A DNA stretch of 64,000 nucleotides, from the NCBI GenBank assembly GCA_024227565.1, contig JAAEUE010000072.1, positions 62,192 through 126,191 of the forward strand, in the 5' to 3' direction. The translations under genes and the position numbers were made by a program. The notes under the pieces are model-generated. The model did no database searches. It saw only the letters and a program-made list of their open reading frames with translations, and was not told where the DNA came from. This stretch comes from Alphaproteobacteria bacterium (GTDB lineage Bacteria; Pseudomonadota; Alphaproteobacteria; Rhizobiales; CAJQND01). Within the stretch, counting starts at the first letter, position 1, and each line of letters starts with the position of its first letter. Positions 19,003 to 28,079 of the stretch are shown piece by piece.

Positions 19003-19713
19003 TCATTGCCCCAGCAGCAGATCCTTGGCCTGATTGATCCGCGCCGCCAGATAGTCGGACCCGCCCTGGTCAGGATGATACTGTTTCATCATGCGGCGAT
19101 GGGCTGCAACGATCTCATCCTCTCCTGCCCCCAGCTCAAGACCAAGGATCTCATAAGCTTCCTTAACCGACATCTTGGCCGACGCAGCACCAGACGCCCC
19201 CCCGGTCTCCTGTTGCGCCCCTTCGCGCCAGTCCGGATGGGCACGGTCGAGATAGGCTTCCAACAGCGCTTCAGACTGGTCCCCAGCTGTGCTGCAGTCA
19301 TCCATCACGAGCACGAGCTCTTCAAGCTTGAGATCTGACAGGCGCCGGCCGGCAAATTGCCCCGCCAGAACCTCGCCATCCATGGTTCCGCTGTCATGGT
19401 CCAATTCCATTGCCAAAATCTTGGTGCGCACCGAAGAATTTTGCCCCTCAGTTCGCCGCTTTCCCATGGGCCAGCGGCTAAAGGGGCCCATGCCGAACGC
19501 CCGCGACAGCATCATGAATCCGAAAAAGGCCATGGGCCCGCCAAGCAGCGCCAGCCCGCGTGTGGCCAACAATGTGCCTGCGGTCAGCAACAATGTGCCC
19601 GCCAGAATGCGCAGCACAACAGCCAGCCGCGCCGGAGAGGCCTTCAGAAAAAGGATCGCCCCGATCGGAATGATGATCAACAACACCGCGAGTAAAAGGA
19701 AGATGCGGGTCAC
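19003..19713 (-). CDS. Membrane-anchored DnaJ (J-domain) protein
   Basis: N-terminal TM helices, MELDHDSGTMDGEV middle domain, C-terminal J-domain with HPD (YHPDQGGS). Confidence 0.9.
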   Translation of the reverse strand: MTRIFLLLAVLLIIIPIGAILFLKASPARLAVVLRILAGTLLLTAGTLLATRGLALLGGPMAFFGFMMLSRAFGMGPFSRWPMGKRRTEGQNSSVRTKILAMELDHDSGTMDGEVLAGQFAGRRLSDLKLEELVLVMDDCSTAGDQSEALLEAYLDRAHPDWREGAQQETGGASGAASAKMSVKEAYEILGLELGAGEDEIVAAHRRMMKQYHPDQGGSDYLAARINQAKDLLLGQ

Positions 19714-19834
19714 AAGTCCAATCTCACTTTACGTCCAGCCACCAGTGACCGCACAGGCCCATTTGAGCATACGCAGGATAGTTCCGTACAGCGCACTTTT
19801 TGTGCGAATCTAGGCATCGCGGTATTGAATTTCC

Positions 19835-21193
19835 ATGAGCCGTCTTTCTGTAAACCAAGCCGTGCGCGAACAGCAATCAGGCAACCTCACCGACGCTGAA
19901 GAACGCTATCGCTCCATCCTTGCCCGCGAGCCGCAAAACATCGACGCCCTGCACTTGCTCGGCACCTTGTTGTGGAGCCGCAACAAATCGTCCGTGGAAG
20001 CCTTAGGCCTGGTCTTGCAGGCGCTTCAGCTGCGCCCCGATGCCCCGGTGATCCGCCACAACTACGCCTCCATGCTGACGGCTACAGGGCACTTTGACGA
20101 GGCGGTCAGGAGCTACCGCCGCGCCATTGCATTGAAGCCGGACTATGCGGAGGCCTATTTCAATCTCTCAGGGTTTTTGAAGTTCGAGGCGCAAGATCCG
20201 CTGATTTCAGAAATGAAGGCGCTCCACGCCAAGGACACCCTCTCCGTCGCAGACCGCACCCATTTGGGTTTTGCCCTGGCCAAGGCGCTCGACGATATTG
20301 GCGCCTATGACGAAGCGTTCATCCACGCTGAACAGGCAAACAGTCTGGTGGACCGGCCGTTTGACCTTGAGGCCCACGAAGTGCACGTGGCCGAAATCAT
20401 CAAAACCGCCCAGCGCACCCTGGCCAGCCAACGACGAAGCTTCGGCAGTTCCTCAGAGGCGCCAATTTTCATCATCGGCATGCCGCGCTCGGGCACCACG
20501 TTGTGTGAACGCATCTTGGCGGCGCATCCGGCCGTTTATGGCGCTGGCGAACTCACAATGATCGGCAACATCAATGCACAGATGCGCGAGCGGGTAGGCG
20601 TGCGCGATATGGGCACCATCGCGGCACACATCCCGCATGTTCAGGCCATCGAGTTTCAACGCGCGGCCAACGCCTGTCTGGACATGATCAACCAGCGTGC
20701 ACCTGCCGGATATCGGCGCTTCACCGACAAGATGCCGTTCAACTTCTTCCATCTCGGCCTCATCGCCCTGTTGTTTCCCAATGCACGGATCATCCATGTG
20801 CGCCGTCACTATATGGACACGGCCGTGTCGTGCTTCTTTCAGCACTTCCAGCAAGGCCACGGTTTTGCTTACGATCTTCGCGCCTTGGGAGATTTCCTGC
20901 GCCTCTACAACTGGCTGATGAGCTTTTGGACGTCCAACCCGCCCCTGCAGATGCACACCGTTGAGTATGAGGCGCTGGTGCATGCGCCTGAGGAGGAAGC
21001 CCGCAAGCTCATCGCCTTCGCAGGGCTGGATTGGCACGATGCATGCCTGAAACCCGAAGAGGCAAGCACGGCCATCGCCACCGCCAGCCGCTGGCAGGCC
21101 CGCCAACCTGTCACCACCGGCTCTTGCGGGCGCTGGAAGAACTATGAACGCCACCTGCCTCTGGTGGCCGGGCGCCTTGAGGGCCTCTACTAG
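19835..21193 (+). CDS. TPR-containing sulfotransferase family protein
   Basis: N-terminal TPRs; PAPS loop IFIIGMPRSGTTL; FTDKMPFN, TASRWQARQP. Confidence 0.9.
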   Translation: MSRLSVNQAVREQQSGNLTDAEERYRSILAREPQNIDALHLLGTLLWSRNKSSVEALGLVLQALQLRPDAPVIRHNYASMLTATGHFDEAVRSYRRAIALKPDYAEAYFNLSGFLKFEAQDPLISEMKALHAKDTLSVADRTHLGFALAKALDDIGAYDEAFIHAEQANSLVDRPFDLEAHEVHVAEIIKTAQRTLASQRRSFGSSSEAPIFIIGMPRSGTTLCERILAAHPAVYGAGELTMIGNINAQMRERVGVRDMGTIAAHIPHVQAIEFQRAANACLDMINQRAPAGYRRFTDKMPFNFFHLGLIALLFPNARIIHVRRHYMDTAVSCFFQHFQQGHGFAYDLRALGDFLRLYNWLMSFWTSNPPLQMHTVEYEALVHAPEEEARKLIAFAGLDWHDACLKPEEASTAIATASRWQARQPVTTGSCGRWKNYERHLPLVAGRLEGLY

Positions 21194-21296
21194 AGCAACC
21201 TCCGGGCAGACGGCTACGTCTGGTCGGAGATAAGTTGCTCGTTCTTAATGATAATCTAGAGCATGTTCCGCTCAACTTGAACGGAACATGCTCTAG
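21190..21296 (+). repeat. 107 bp double-hairpin repeat, copy 3
   Basis: CTAGAGCAACCTCCG...CGGAGATAAGTTGCTCG...ATAAT, then CTAGAGCATGTTCCG...CGGAACATGCTCTAG. The first CTAG contains the sulfotransferase TAG stop. Confidence 0.88.
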
Positions 21297-21513
21297 AACT
21301 GCGAAGGAGCGTTGGCATGGACGCCCTTGAGGGCACGAACGCAGGCGCACTGCGTGATGCTGTCCAAAACAAACGCAAGGCCGAATATGGATGAACGCGG
21401 ATTTGCGTCCCTGGAGCACCTGATGACCCTCAGCTCGTTCCATCACGCGGTCGGGGCGTTCGCAGAACCAAGCGACGAGTTTGGCCAGATGGCCGACATG
21501 CCGATCTCTCGTT

Positions 21514-22904
21514 TTATCTGATCTTCTGGGCGGACGGCGGGATGTTTTGGTTGCGGTGAAAGATGTTGGCCGGATCATATTGGTCTTTCAGCTTTTGCAG
21601 CCGCGGAAAGTTATCGCCAAATGCCTGGCGGACCCGGGCCTGGGTCTCATCGTCGTCCATGTAGTTCGTATACGCCCCTTCCCGGCTGTGCGGCGTCAGA
21701 AGATCGTAAGTCTGCCTGGCCCAGGCGATGTTGCGGTCGGTATCGGCCGGGTCGGTCCACTGGGTGATGATGAGTATACTGTAGCCTTCGTCACGGTGCG
21801 GAAAAGCCATCTCAGAAGGAGCCCGCCTCAGAACCGCGCCATGAAAATGCTCAACGAAAATCTTGGTCCTGCGCGAGGGACAACAGGCAAATTGCTCTTC
21901 CAGTATGCCGATCGCCTCCGCGCTCAACTCTTTGAGGAAGCAGGATTTCCAATAATAGAGATCAAGCTTTGGAACACCTGGATCAAACAGCTGGTTCATT
22001 GCCGAATAGGAAATGGGACCAAGGCCATCAACCGCTGGAGTGCCGAACGATCTGATCTGATCCATCGCCGCCGCGCCATCGTCTGGTGCACCGCAGTGGC
22101 AGGGCACAATGGCGGCCAACTTGGTGCCGGCGGCATCGCGCGCATGGGTGAGCCCGGCAAGCATAGTTAGCTCATCAGGAAGATCCGCGGTCAGGTCACG
22201 GTAGAAGCCAAGCATCTCCGCGGCAGCTTGGAACGGGAAGGCCACCATGCCGCCATGGACCATCGGGCCGATCTTCTGCAAGTCGAATTCAAAGCTTGTG
22301 GCAATCCCGAAGTTCCCGCCGCCGCCGCGAAGCCCCCAAAACAGCTCGGCGTTCTCATCCTCAGACGCTTCGACCACCTCCCCGCCCACCGTAATCATTT
22401 CAACAGATCTCAAAGCGTCGATGGTGTAGCCGCACTTGCCGGACAGAAATCCAAAGCCGCCGCCCAGCGTCAGCCCAGCAACGCCGGTGCTGGACACCGC
22501 CCCGCCGGTTGTGGCGAGCCCGTGCATCTGTGTTGCTCTATTGAAGTCGCCCCAAGTGGCACCGGCCTGAACCCGGATCCGGCGGCGCTTGGGATCAACC
22601 CAAGTGCCTTTCATCAGGCTGAGATCGATCATCAGGCCGTCATCGCAGACAGCACGCCAGCCACATTGTGACCGCCGCCGCGGACGGCCACTTCAAGGTC
22701 GCGATCGAGCGCAAAGGCCAGCGCGTCTGCCACATCCGCACTTCCGACACAGCGGGCAATCGCTGCTGGGCGACGATCAATCATGCCGTTGTGCACACGG
22801 CGCGTGGCATCAAAGGCTTCATCGCCCGGTACCAGAACGTCGCCCGCAAAGCCGTCCTCCAGCTGAGCAACACCAGATCGGCCATTAGGGGCAATGCGGT
22901 TCAT
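21514..22904 (-). pseudogene. FAD-binding oxidoreductase (FAD_binding_4 + BBE), frameshifted
   Basis: The ORF ending RGGGHNVAG.. (ATG at 22904) and the ORF MIDLSLMKG...KDQYDPANIFHRNQNI join into RGGGHNVAGRAVCDDGLMIDLS if one C is restored near 22656. Confidence 0.8.
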
Positions 22905-23007
22905 CAGAAACTCCGTATCCAGCAGTCTTGATCGTCTGCCGGAGATTAGACACTCAATATTTTTGAAGCGCCATAGCGAGTTTCGCATAATCAGTATACA
23001 ATTTTGA

Positions 23008-23907
23008 ATGGACATTGATTGGGACGACCATCGCTACTTTCTCGCCATTGCCCGCGAGCGCTCACTCACGGCAGCCGGCAAGGCGCTCGGTGTCAGCCAG
23101 CCAACGGTATCCCGCCGGCTGGATGCCCTGGAAGCCAAACTGAAAGTCCGCCTGTTTGACCGCACCCATCAGGGTTACGAGCTAACGGCAGTGGGCATGG
23201 ACCTGTTCGACACCGTCGCCCAGGTGGAAGAGGACCTGGCGCAGGCGGGACGGAAGATTTACGGCAAGGATCAGGAGCTCACCGGAGGCTTGCGGATCAC
23301 CTGCACGGAGATCCTCCTCAATGGCTATCTGTCGGAGCACATCTGGCCATTTCTAGAGCAAAATCCAGGGATTGAGATGAGTGTGTTTAGCACCCGCGCG
23401 CCGTTAAGCCTCAGCCGGAACGATGCGGACCTGGCTTTGCGCTTTACCAACAAGCCGCCCGAGACCCTTGCCGGGCGCCGCCTGGCGGCAGCGACATACA
23501 GTGTCTACACATCCAGCGGTGAGGCCGGAGCTCGGTTCACTCCGTCAAGCCGCTCCGGCTGGGATTGGATAGGCCTGCCCGACGACACCTACAATCAGCT
23601 TTTTATCGGCGCTGTGGAGCCTGAAGGCCGGATCAAACACAGAGCAGATAGCATGGCCGCCATCCAATCCATGGCGCGCCAAGGTCTCGGGGCAGCTGTG
23701 CTGCCCTGCTACGTTGCTGACCGGGACCCTGGATTACGACGCGCAGAGCCGGAAACATTGTTGGATTTGAAGCTCGATCTTTGGCTCCTGTACCATCCTG
23801 ACGTGCGGCGGGTGTACCGTGTCCGCCTCTTTGCGGAGTTCATGGTCAACTTGATCCTGTCAGATTTGGACCTCTTTGAGGGGCGTCGTCCGTTCCAGGT
23901 CAACTAG
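23008..23907 (+). CDS. LysR family transcriptional regulator
   Basis: HTH SLTAAGKALGVSQPTVSRR plus substrate-binding domain; divergent from the oxidoreductase. Confidence 0.93.
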   Translation: MDIDWDDHRYFLAIARERSLTAAGKALGVSQPTVSRRLDALEAKLKVRLFDRTHQGYELTAVGMDLFDTVAQVEEDLAQAGRKIYGKDQELTGGLRITCTEILLNGYLSEHIWPFLEQNPGIEMSVFSTRAPLSLSRNDADLALRFTNKPPETLAGRRLAAATYSVYTSSGEAGARFTPSSRSGWDWIGLPDDTYNQLFIGAVEPEGRIKHRADSMAAIQSMARQGLGAAVLPCYVADRDPGLRRAEPETLLDLKLDLWLLYHPDVRRVYRVRLFAEFMVNLILSDLDLFEGRRPFQVN

Positions 23908-24010
23908 GGCAACTTCCGCTCAAACTGAGCGGAAGATGCCCCAGATTTTCGTTACGGGCGAGCAACTTATCCCCGCTCAGCCGTAACCGTCTGATCGGGG
24001 GTTGCTCTAG
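23904..24010 (-). repeat. 107 bp double-hairpin repeat, copy 4 (inverted)
   Basis: Reverse complement is about 94% identical to 1200-1306; CTAG at both ends. Confidence 0.92.
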
Positions 24011-25782
24011 AGCAGCCCGGCCGCCTTCAATCCGGCGAGCGCCTTTTCAGCATGGGCTTCATCGCCGCCCCCGGCAATTTTGATCTGCTCAAACAGATGC
24101 TCCGGGGTGAGCGCAGGATTTGCCTTCTGCGCCCGGTCCATGGCGCCGCGCGCTTCGGCGATCTTGCCTTGCTGGCCCAAGGCATTCGCCAGCGTCACCC
24201 AGGCGCCGGCATAGCCTGGCTGGATCTCCACGCTCTTGCGGGCCGCCCGGGCAGCATCCTCAGCCCGGTCGTCGCGGAGGCAGGCATTGGCCTTGAAGTA
24301 GAGCCAATAGTTGACCATCGGATGGTTGGGCGCCGATGCCAGAATGCGGTCGAGGATGGCCTGGCCTTCGCGCAGCTCCTCCGGCTCTCCGCCATAACAC
24401 AAGGTTCGCCCCAGCCGCCCCCAGCTGTGGAAGTCGAAGGGGGCTATCGCAACTGCACGTCGCAGCGCGCTGACCGCCTGATCATGCCGGCCGCTGTTGC
24501 TCCAAACCTTGCCCAAGGTGCGCTGGACTGCCGGGTCATCAGGCGCAAGCTCAGCTGCCGTCTCAACGGCCGCCAAGGCCCCTGCCCGGTCAGCATCTCC
24601 ATCCTCGCTGAAACCGCTCACCACCCTTTGCATCAATACCGAGGCCAGGCAGGCATGGGCGCCGGCATAGGACGGATCAGCCGCAACGGCGCCGCGCGCC
24701 AGCACCAAGGCATCGTCAATCGCGTTGCGGTTCACCGGCAGGTTCAGCGCCCTGGCCTTCTGCACCAGCCCCCAGGCATCCAGGTTTTGTGTGGGGTGCG
24801 CGCTCACGCGCTGCCATTCGGCGCGCAGGAACTCACCGCCGAACGCGGTCACAATGGCTGTCGCGATCTCTTCTTGCACCTCGAACACGTCCGCGATGTC
24901 GCGGTCATAGGTGTTGGACCACAGCTGGCTGCGGCTGGTGACCTCGGTGAGTTCGGCAATCACCCGCAACCGGTTCCCGGCGTGGCGCACATTGCCGGTG
25001 AGCACATAACGGAACTGATGTTCATGCACCATGTCCCAGGCATCAGCGCCCTTGGTGCGCGAACTGAAGATTGCCGAGCGGGAGGCGACCCTCAGATCGG
25101 GAACCCTGGACAGCATGTTGATGACTTCGCTGGCGATCCCATCGGCAATGTAGGCATCGTTGGGATCGGGCGACAGGCTGTCGAAGGGGAACACGGCAAT
25201 GGATCCACGGGCCTGCTCGAGCCGCGGCGGCGCCGGCTTTCTGGCACGCTGCCCATCGGTCGGTTGATTGTCGAGCAGCAGCCGGTAAAACCGAAGCGGC
25301 TGGGCCATGTTCTTGACCTCTTGCTCGAACAGTTCGTCTACCTGCACATCCAGCTTGTTGCGCGTGTGCTCAAACACCGTCTCTGAGATGCAGATGCCCC
25401 CAGGGTCGGCCAGCCCTTCAAGGCGCGCGGCCACGTTCACCCCATCGCCATAAATGTCATCGCCTTCAACCAGCACGTCGCCAATGTTTATGCCGATGCG
25501 GTACCGGATCCGCCGGTCCTCAGGCACCAGCTCATTGTGCGCGGCCACAGAGCGCTGCACGTCCACGGCGAAGTTCACCGCATCCACCACACTGCCGAAC
25601 TCCATCAGCGTGCCGTCGCCCATCAGCTTGACCACCCGCCCCCCGTAATGGGCTGTCTTGGGCTCATTGATCTCGCGCCGCTGGCTGTTCAGCGAGGCCA
25701 GTGTGCCGGCTTCATCGGCCGCCATCAGCCGGCTGTAGCTGACAACATCGGCAACCAGAATGGTGGTGAGTTTACGGTCCAA
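24007..25782 (-). CDS. Class III adenylate/guanylate cyclase with TolB-like and TPR domains
   Basis: ADVVSYS, VVKLMGDG, DIYGDGVNVAARLE; SIAVFPF domain; C-terminal TPRs; TTG start. Confidence 0.92.
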   Translation of the reverse strand: MDRKLTTILVADVVSYSRLMAADEAGTLASLNSQRREINEPKTAHYGGRVVKLMGDGTLMEFGSVVDAVNFAVDVQRSVAAHNELVPEDRRIRYRIGINIGDVLVEGDDIYGDGVNVAARLEGLADPGGICISETVFEHTRNKLDVQVDELFEQEVKNMAQPLRFYRLLLDNQPTDGQRARKPAPPRLEQARGSIAVFPFDSLSPDPNDAYIADGIASEVINMLSRVPDLRVASRSAIFSSRTKGADAWDMVHEHQFRYVLTGNVRHAGNRLRVIAELTEVTSRSQLWSNTYDRDIADVFEVQEEIATAIVTAFGGEFLRAEWQRVSAHPTQNLDAWGLVQKARALNLPVNRNAIDDALVLARGAVAADPSYAGAHACLASVLMQRVVSGFSEDGDADRAGALAAVETAAELAPDDPAVQRTLGKVWSNSGRHDQAVSALRRAVAIAPFDFHSWGRLGRTLCYGGEPEELREGQAILDRILASAPNHPMVNYWLYFKANACLRDDRAEDAARAARKSVEIQPGYAGAWVTLANALGQQGKIAEARGAMDRAQKANPALTPEHLFEQIKIAGGGDEAHAEKALAGLKAAGLL

Positions 25783-25947
25783 GACGGATACCCCTTCGTG
25801 GGCAACTTAGCGATGATGGCCCTGCGAATCCAGGGACTATACGCCACTTTAAAGAGCCACCTAACCGTCAAATAGCGCTAATTCACCTTTGCTTTCATAG
25901 CCTTGCGCGAAATTGGGTTCGTTTCGTAGTATCGCGTCACTCTGCTA

Positions 25948-25963
25948 AGTGACACTTGTCACA
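25948..25963. promoter_or_regulatory. Candidate CRP-family binding site
   Basis: AGTGA-CACTTG-TCACA, 9/10 match to TGTGA-N6-TCACA, upstream of the cyclase. Confidence 0.4.
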
Positions 25964-26002
25964 TTACGCTTTCGATATGTCTATACATATCTGCGTTCCA
26001 GC

Positions 26003-26746
26003 TCAGCTCAACTGCTCAAGCAGCGCCACCGCCTCGCCGCCTTTGGCCTTGGAGTAGTCTGCCAGCGCCTTGCGCCCGCCCGAGGCATAAACCGCAACGG
26101 CCGCCAGAAGCTCACGAAGCTGCCGGGCCGAACTTGCATCAAACCGGCACCAGGCGCCGCGGGTCAATCGGGCAATCTCCCGGAAGGCCCGCTCCGCATT
26201 GGCATCATGGCCTTCCTGGAACATGAACATAGGCACGCCCAGAAGCCCGATCTCACCGGCCTGATCGCACAGAAGGTCCACATTCTCTTCCATGGCATCG
26301 CCAACATACACAACCGCATTGACCTTATGCTTCGCGTTCTCTTTCAGAACCCGCGCAAGCACCTTGCCGATCTGGGTGTGGCCGCCGCGGCAACTCACGG
26401 TGGACATAAGATGGGCCAAAGAGCGACCGTCGCTCACCCATTTGCTGGCTTTGCATTCTCCATAACCGCGAAAGAAGATGAGCTGCACATCGAGCCCGCC
26501 GATCTTGGCGGTCTCCTCAAACATCTCGCCCTGGATCTGCAGCGCGCTGTCCCAGGTGGGCTGGCGCGACATGGTGGCGTCCATTGCGAAGATCAGCCGT
26601 CCAACCTCACCGGCGCGGGTGGCCTGAGGCATGGTGTTCACCTTGGCCAGAAACGCATCCACATCCGAAGTGGGCGAGACGTCCTTGGCCTCTTCGGCGC
26701 TCACAACGGCCGAAGTCGGTTCAGATTTGCTGCGGTCCTTAACCAT
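26003..26746 (-). CDS. VWA domain protein
   Basis: LIFAMDATMSR (MIDAS-like), GGHTQI, VYVGDAMEE. Confidence 0.85.
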   Translation of the reverse strand: MVKDRSKSEPTSAVVSAEEAKDVSPTSDVDAFLAKVNTMPQATRAGEVGRLIFAMDATMSRQPTWDSALQIQGEMFEETAKIGGLDVQLIFFRGYGECKASKWVSDGRSLAHLMSTVSCRGGHTQIGKVLARVLKENAKHKVNAVVYVGDAMEENVDLLCDQAGEIGLLGVPMFMFQEGHDANAERAFREIARLTRGAWCRFDASSARQLRELLAAVAVYASGGRKALADYSKAKGGEAVALLEQLS

Positions 26747-26870
26747 CGTACCCCTATAGATAGGCCTTCACGCCCGCCAATTGAACCCTTGCCGGAGAGC
26801 CCCCGGCCGCAATTGCACTGGCGAAGCGTTCTTTCTTGGCCCTATGGTGCCAATTCATGATGATTTTAAG

Positions 26871-28073
26871 ATGACGATGTCCCGCAACCTGCGCCTTTAC
26901 CGCTACTTTCAGTTCGCCCGCAGTTTGCTGTTCTGGCAGGCCATCTGGTTTCTGTATTTTCAAGGGGTGCTGAGCGCGCAAGAGGCCATCGTGCTCGCCG
27001 CGCTCTACGACGTGGGCGTCGTCGCCCTGGAGGTGCCGTCCGGCTATCTATCGGATGCGGTAGGGCGCAAACCAACCCTCGCCCTGGCCTCCCTTGCCAC
27101 GGCAGCAGCGTGTTTCCTGATCTACGCCTCCACCGAGTTTGCCATGCTGGCCCTGGCGCAGCTGCTGTTGGGCGCGGGCACCGCCTTTGCGTCTGGTTCC
27201 GACAATGCCCTGCTCTACGACACGCTGGCCGCCGAAGGCCGCGAGGACGAGGTGGCCGAGCAGGAGCTGATCGCCTGGCGCTACCAATATTGGGGGCTTG
27301 CGGCCTCCGCCATCACTGGCGGCGTGATCGGCTATTACAGCATGCCGTTTGCCTTCCTCCTCAGCGCGGTCGCCAGCGGCGCGGCCTTCGCAATCATGCT
27401 GATGTGCACCGAGCCTCCCATATCCGGAAAGGCGCGCGTGGAACCGCCCCTCAGCCAATTGGCCACAATCATCACAAAAACCAAAGACCGGACGTTGCTC
27501 TGGCTCTTCGTTTTCGTGGTGGCTGGATATTCGCTCAGCCATGTGCCCTTCGTGTTCGCCCAGCCTTACTTGCGCGAGAGTCTGGCAGGCGGCGCCTGGG
27601 CCGCGCAAACCCCCATCATTGCAGGCCTGATCGTGAGCGCCATGATGGTGATGTCGGTGATTGCGGGCCATCTTGCTCCGCGTCTCAACGCCAGCTTAGG
27701 CAATGCCGGCAGCTTCCTTGTGGCCTCGGGCATGCAAATCGGCCTAATCACCGTCATGGCCCTGGTGCTCCACCCTGGGGTGATCCCGTTGTTGCTGCTG
27801 CGCATGGTGCCTGATGCCCTCTCCAAGCCTTACATGCTGGCCATGGTGCAACCGCGGCTGGAGAGCGCGTACCGGGCGAGCTACCTGTCGGTTCAAAGCC
27901 TGATTGCCCGCATTTTCTTCTCTGCCGCCCTGTTTGCAGCCGCTGCAGGCGCATCGGCCTCCGGCGAGCTCTCCTCCAAGGATCTGGCGACCATACTGCC
28001 CTACTTTGCAGCTGTTGGCCTGGTGGTATGGCTAACCCTTGCAGTCACACGAAGTGTGTTGCGGAGCAAGTGA
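26871..28073 (+). CDS. MFS transporter
   Basis: LEVPSGYLSDAVGRK, SGSDNALLYDTL; about 12 TM segments. Confidence 0.88.
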   Translation: MTMSRNLRLYRYFQFARSLLFWQAIWFLYFQGVLSAQEAIVLAALYDVGVVALEVPSGYLSDAVGRKPTLALASLATAAACFLIYASTEFAMLALAQLLLGAGTAFASGSDNALLYDTLAAEGREDEVAEQELIAWRYQYWGLAASAITGGVIGYYSMPFAFLLSAVASGAAFAIMLMCTEPPISGKARVEPPLSQLATIITKTKDRTLLWLFVFVVAGYSLSHVPFVFAQPYLRESLAGGAWAAQTPIIAGLIVSAMMVMSVIAGHLAPRLNASLGNAGSFLVASGMQIGLITVMALVLHPGVIPLLLLRMVPDALSKPYMLAMVQPRLESAYRASYLSVQSLIARIFFSAALFAAAAGASASGELSSKDLATILPYFAAVGLVVWLTLAVTRSVLRSK

Positions 28074-28079
28074 GCAGTC

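Noticed and set aside
1200-24010. Palindromic repeats as a CRISPR array
   Set aside because: Copies are about 107 bp and kilobases apart, with no repeat-spacer periodicity and no cas genes.
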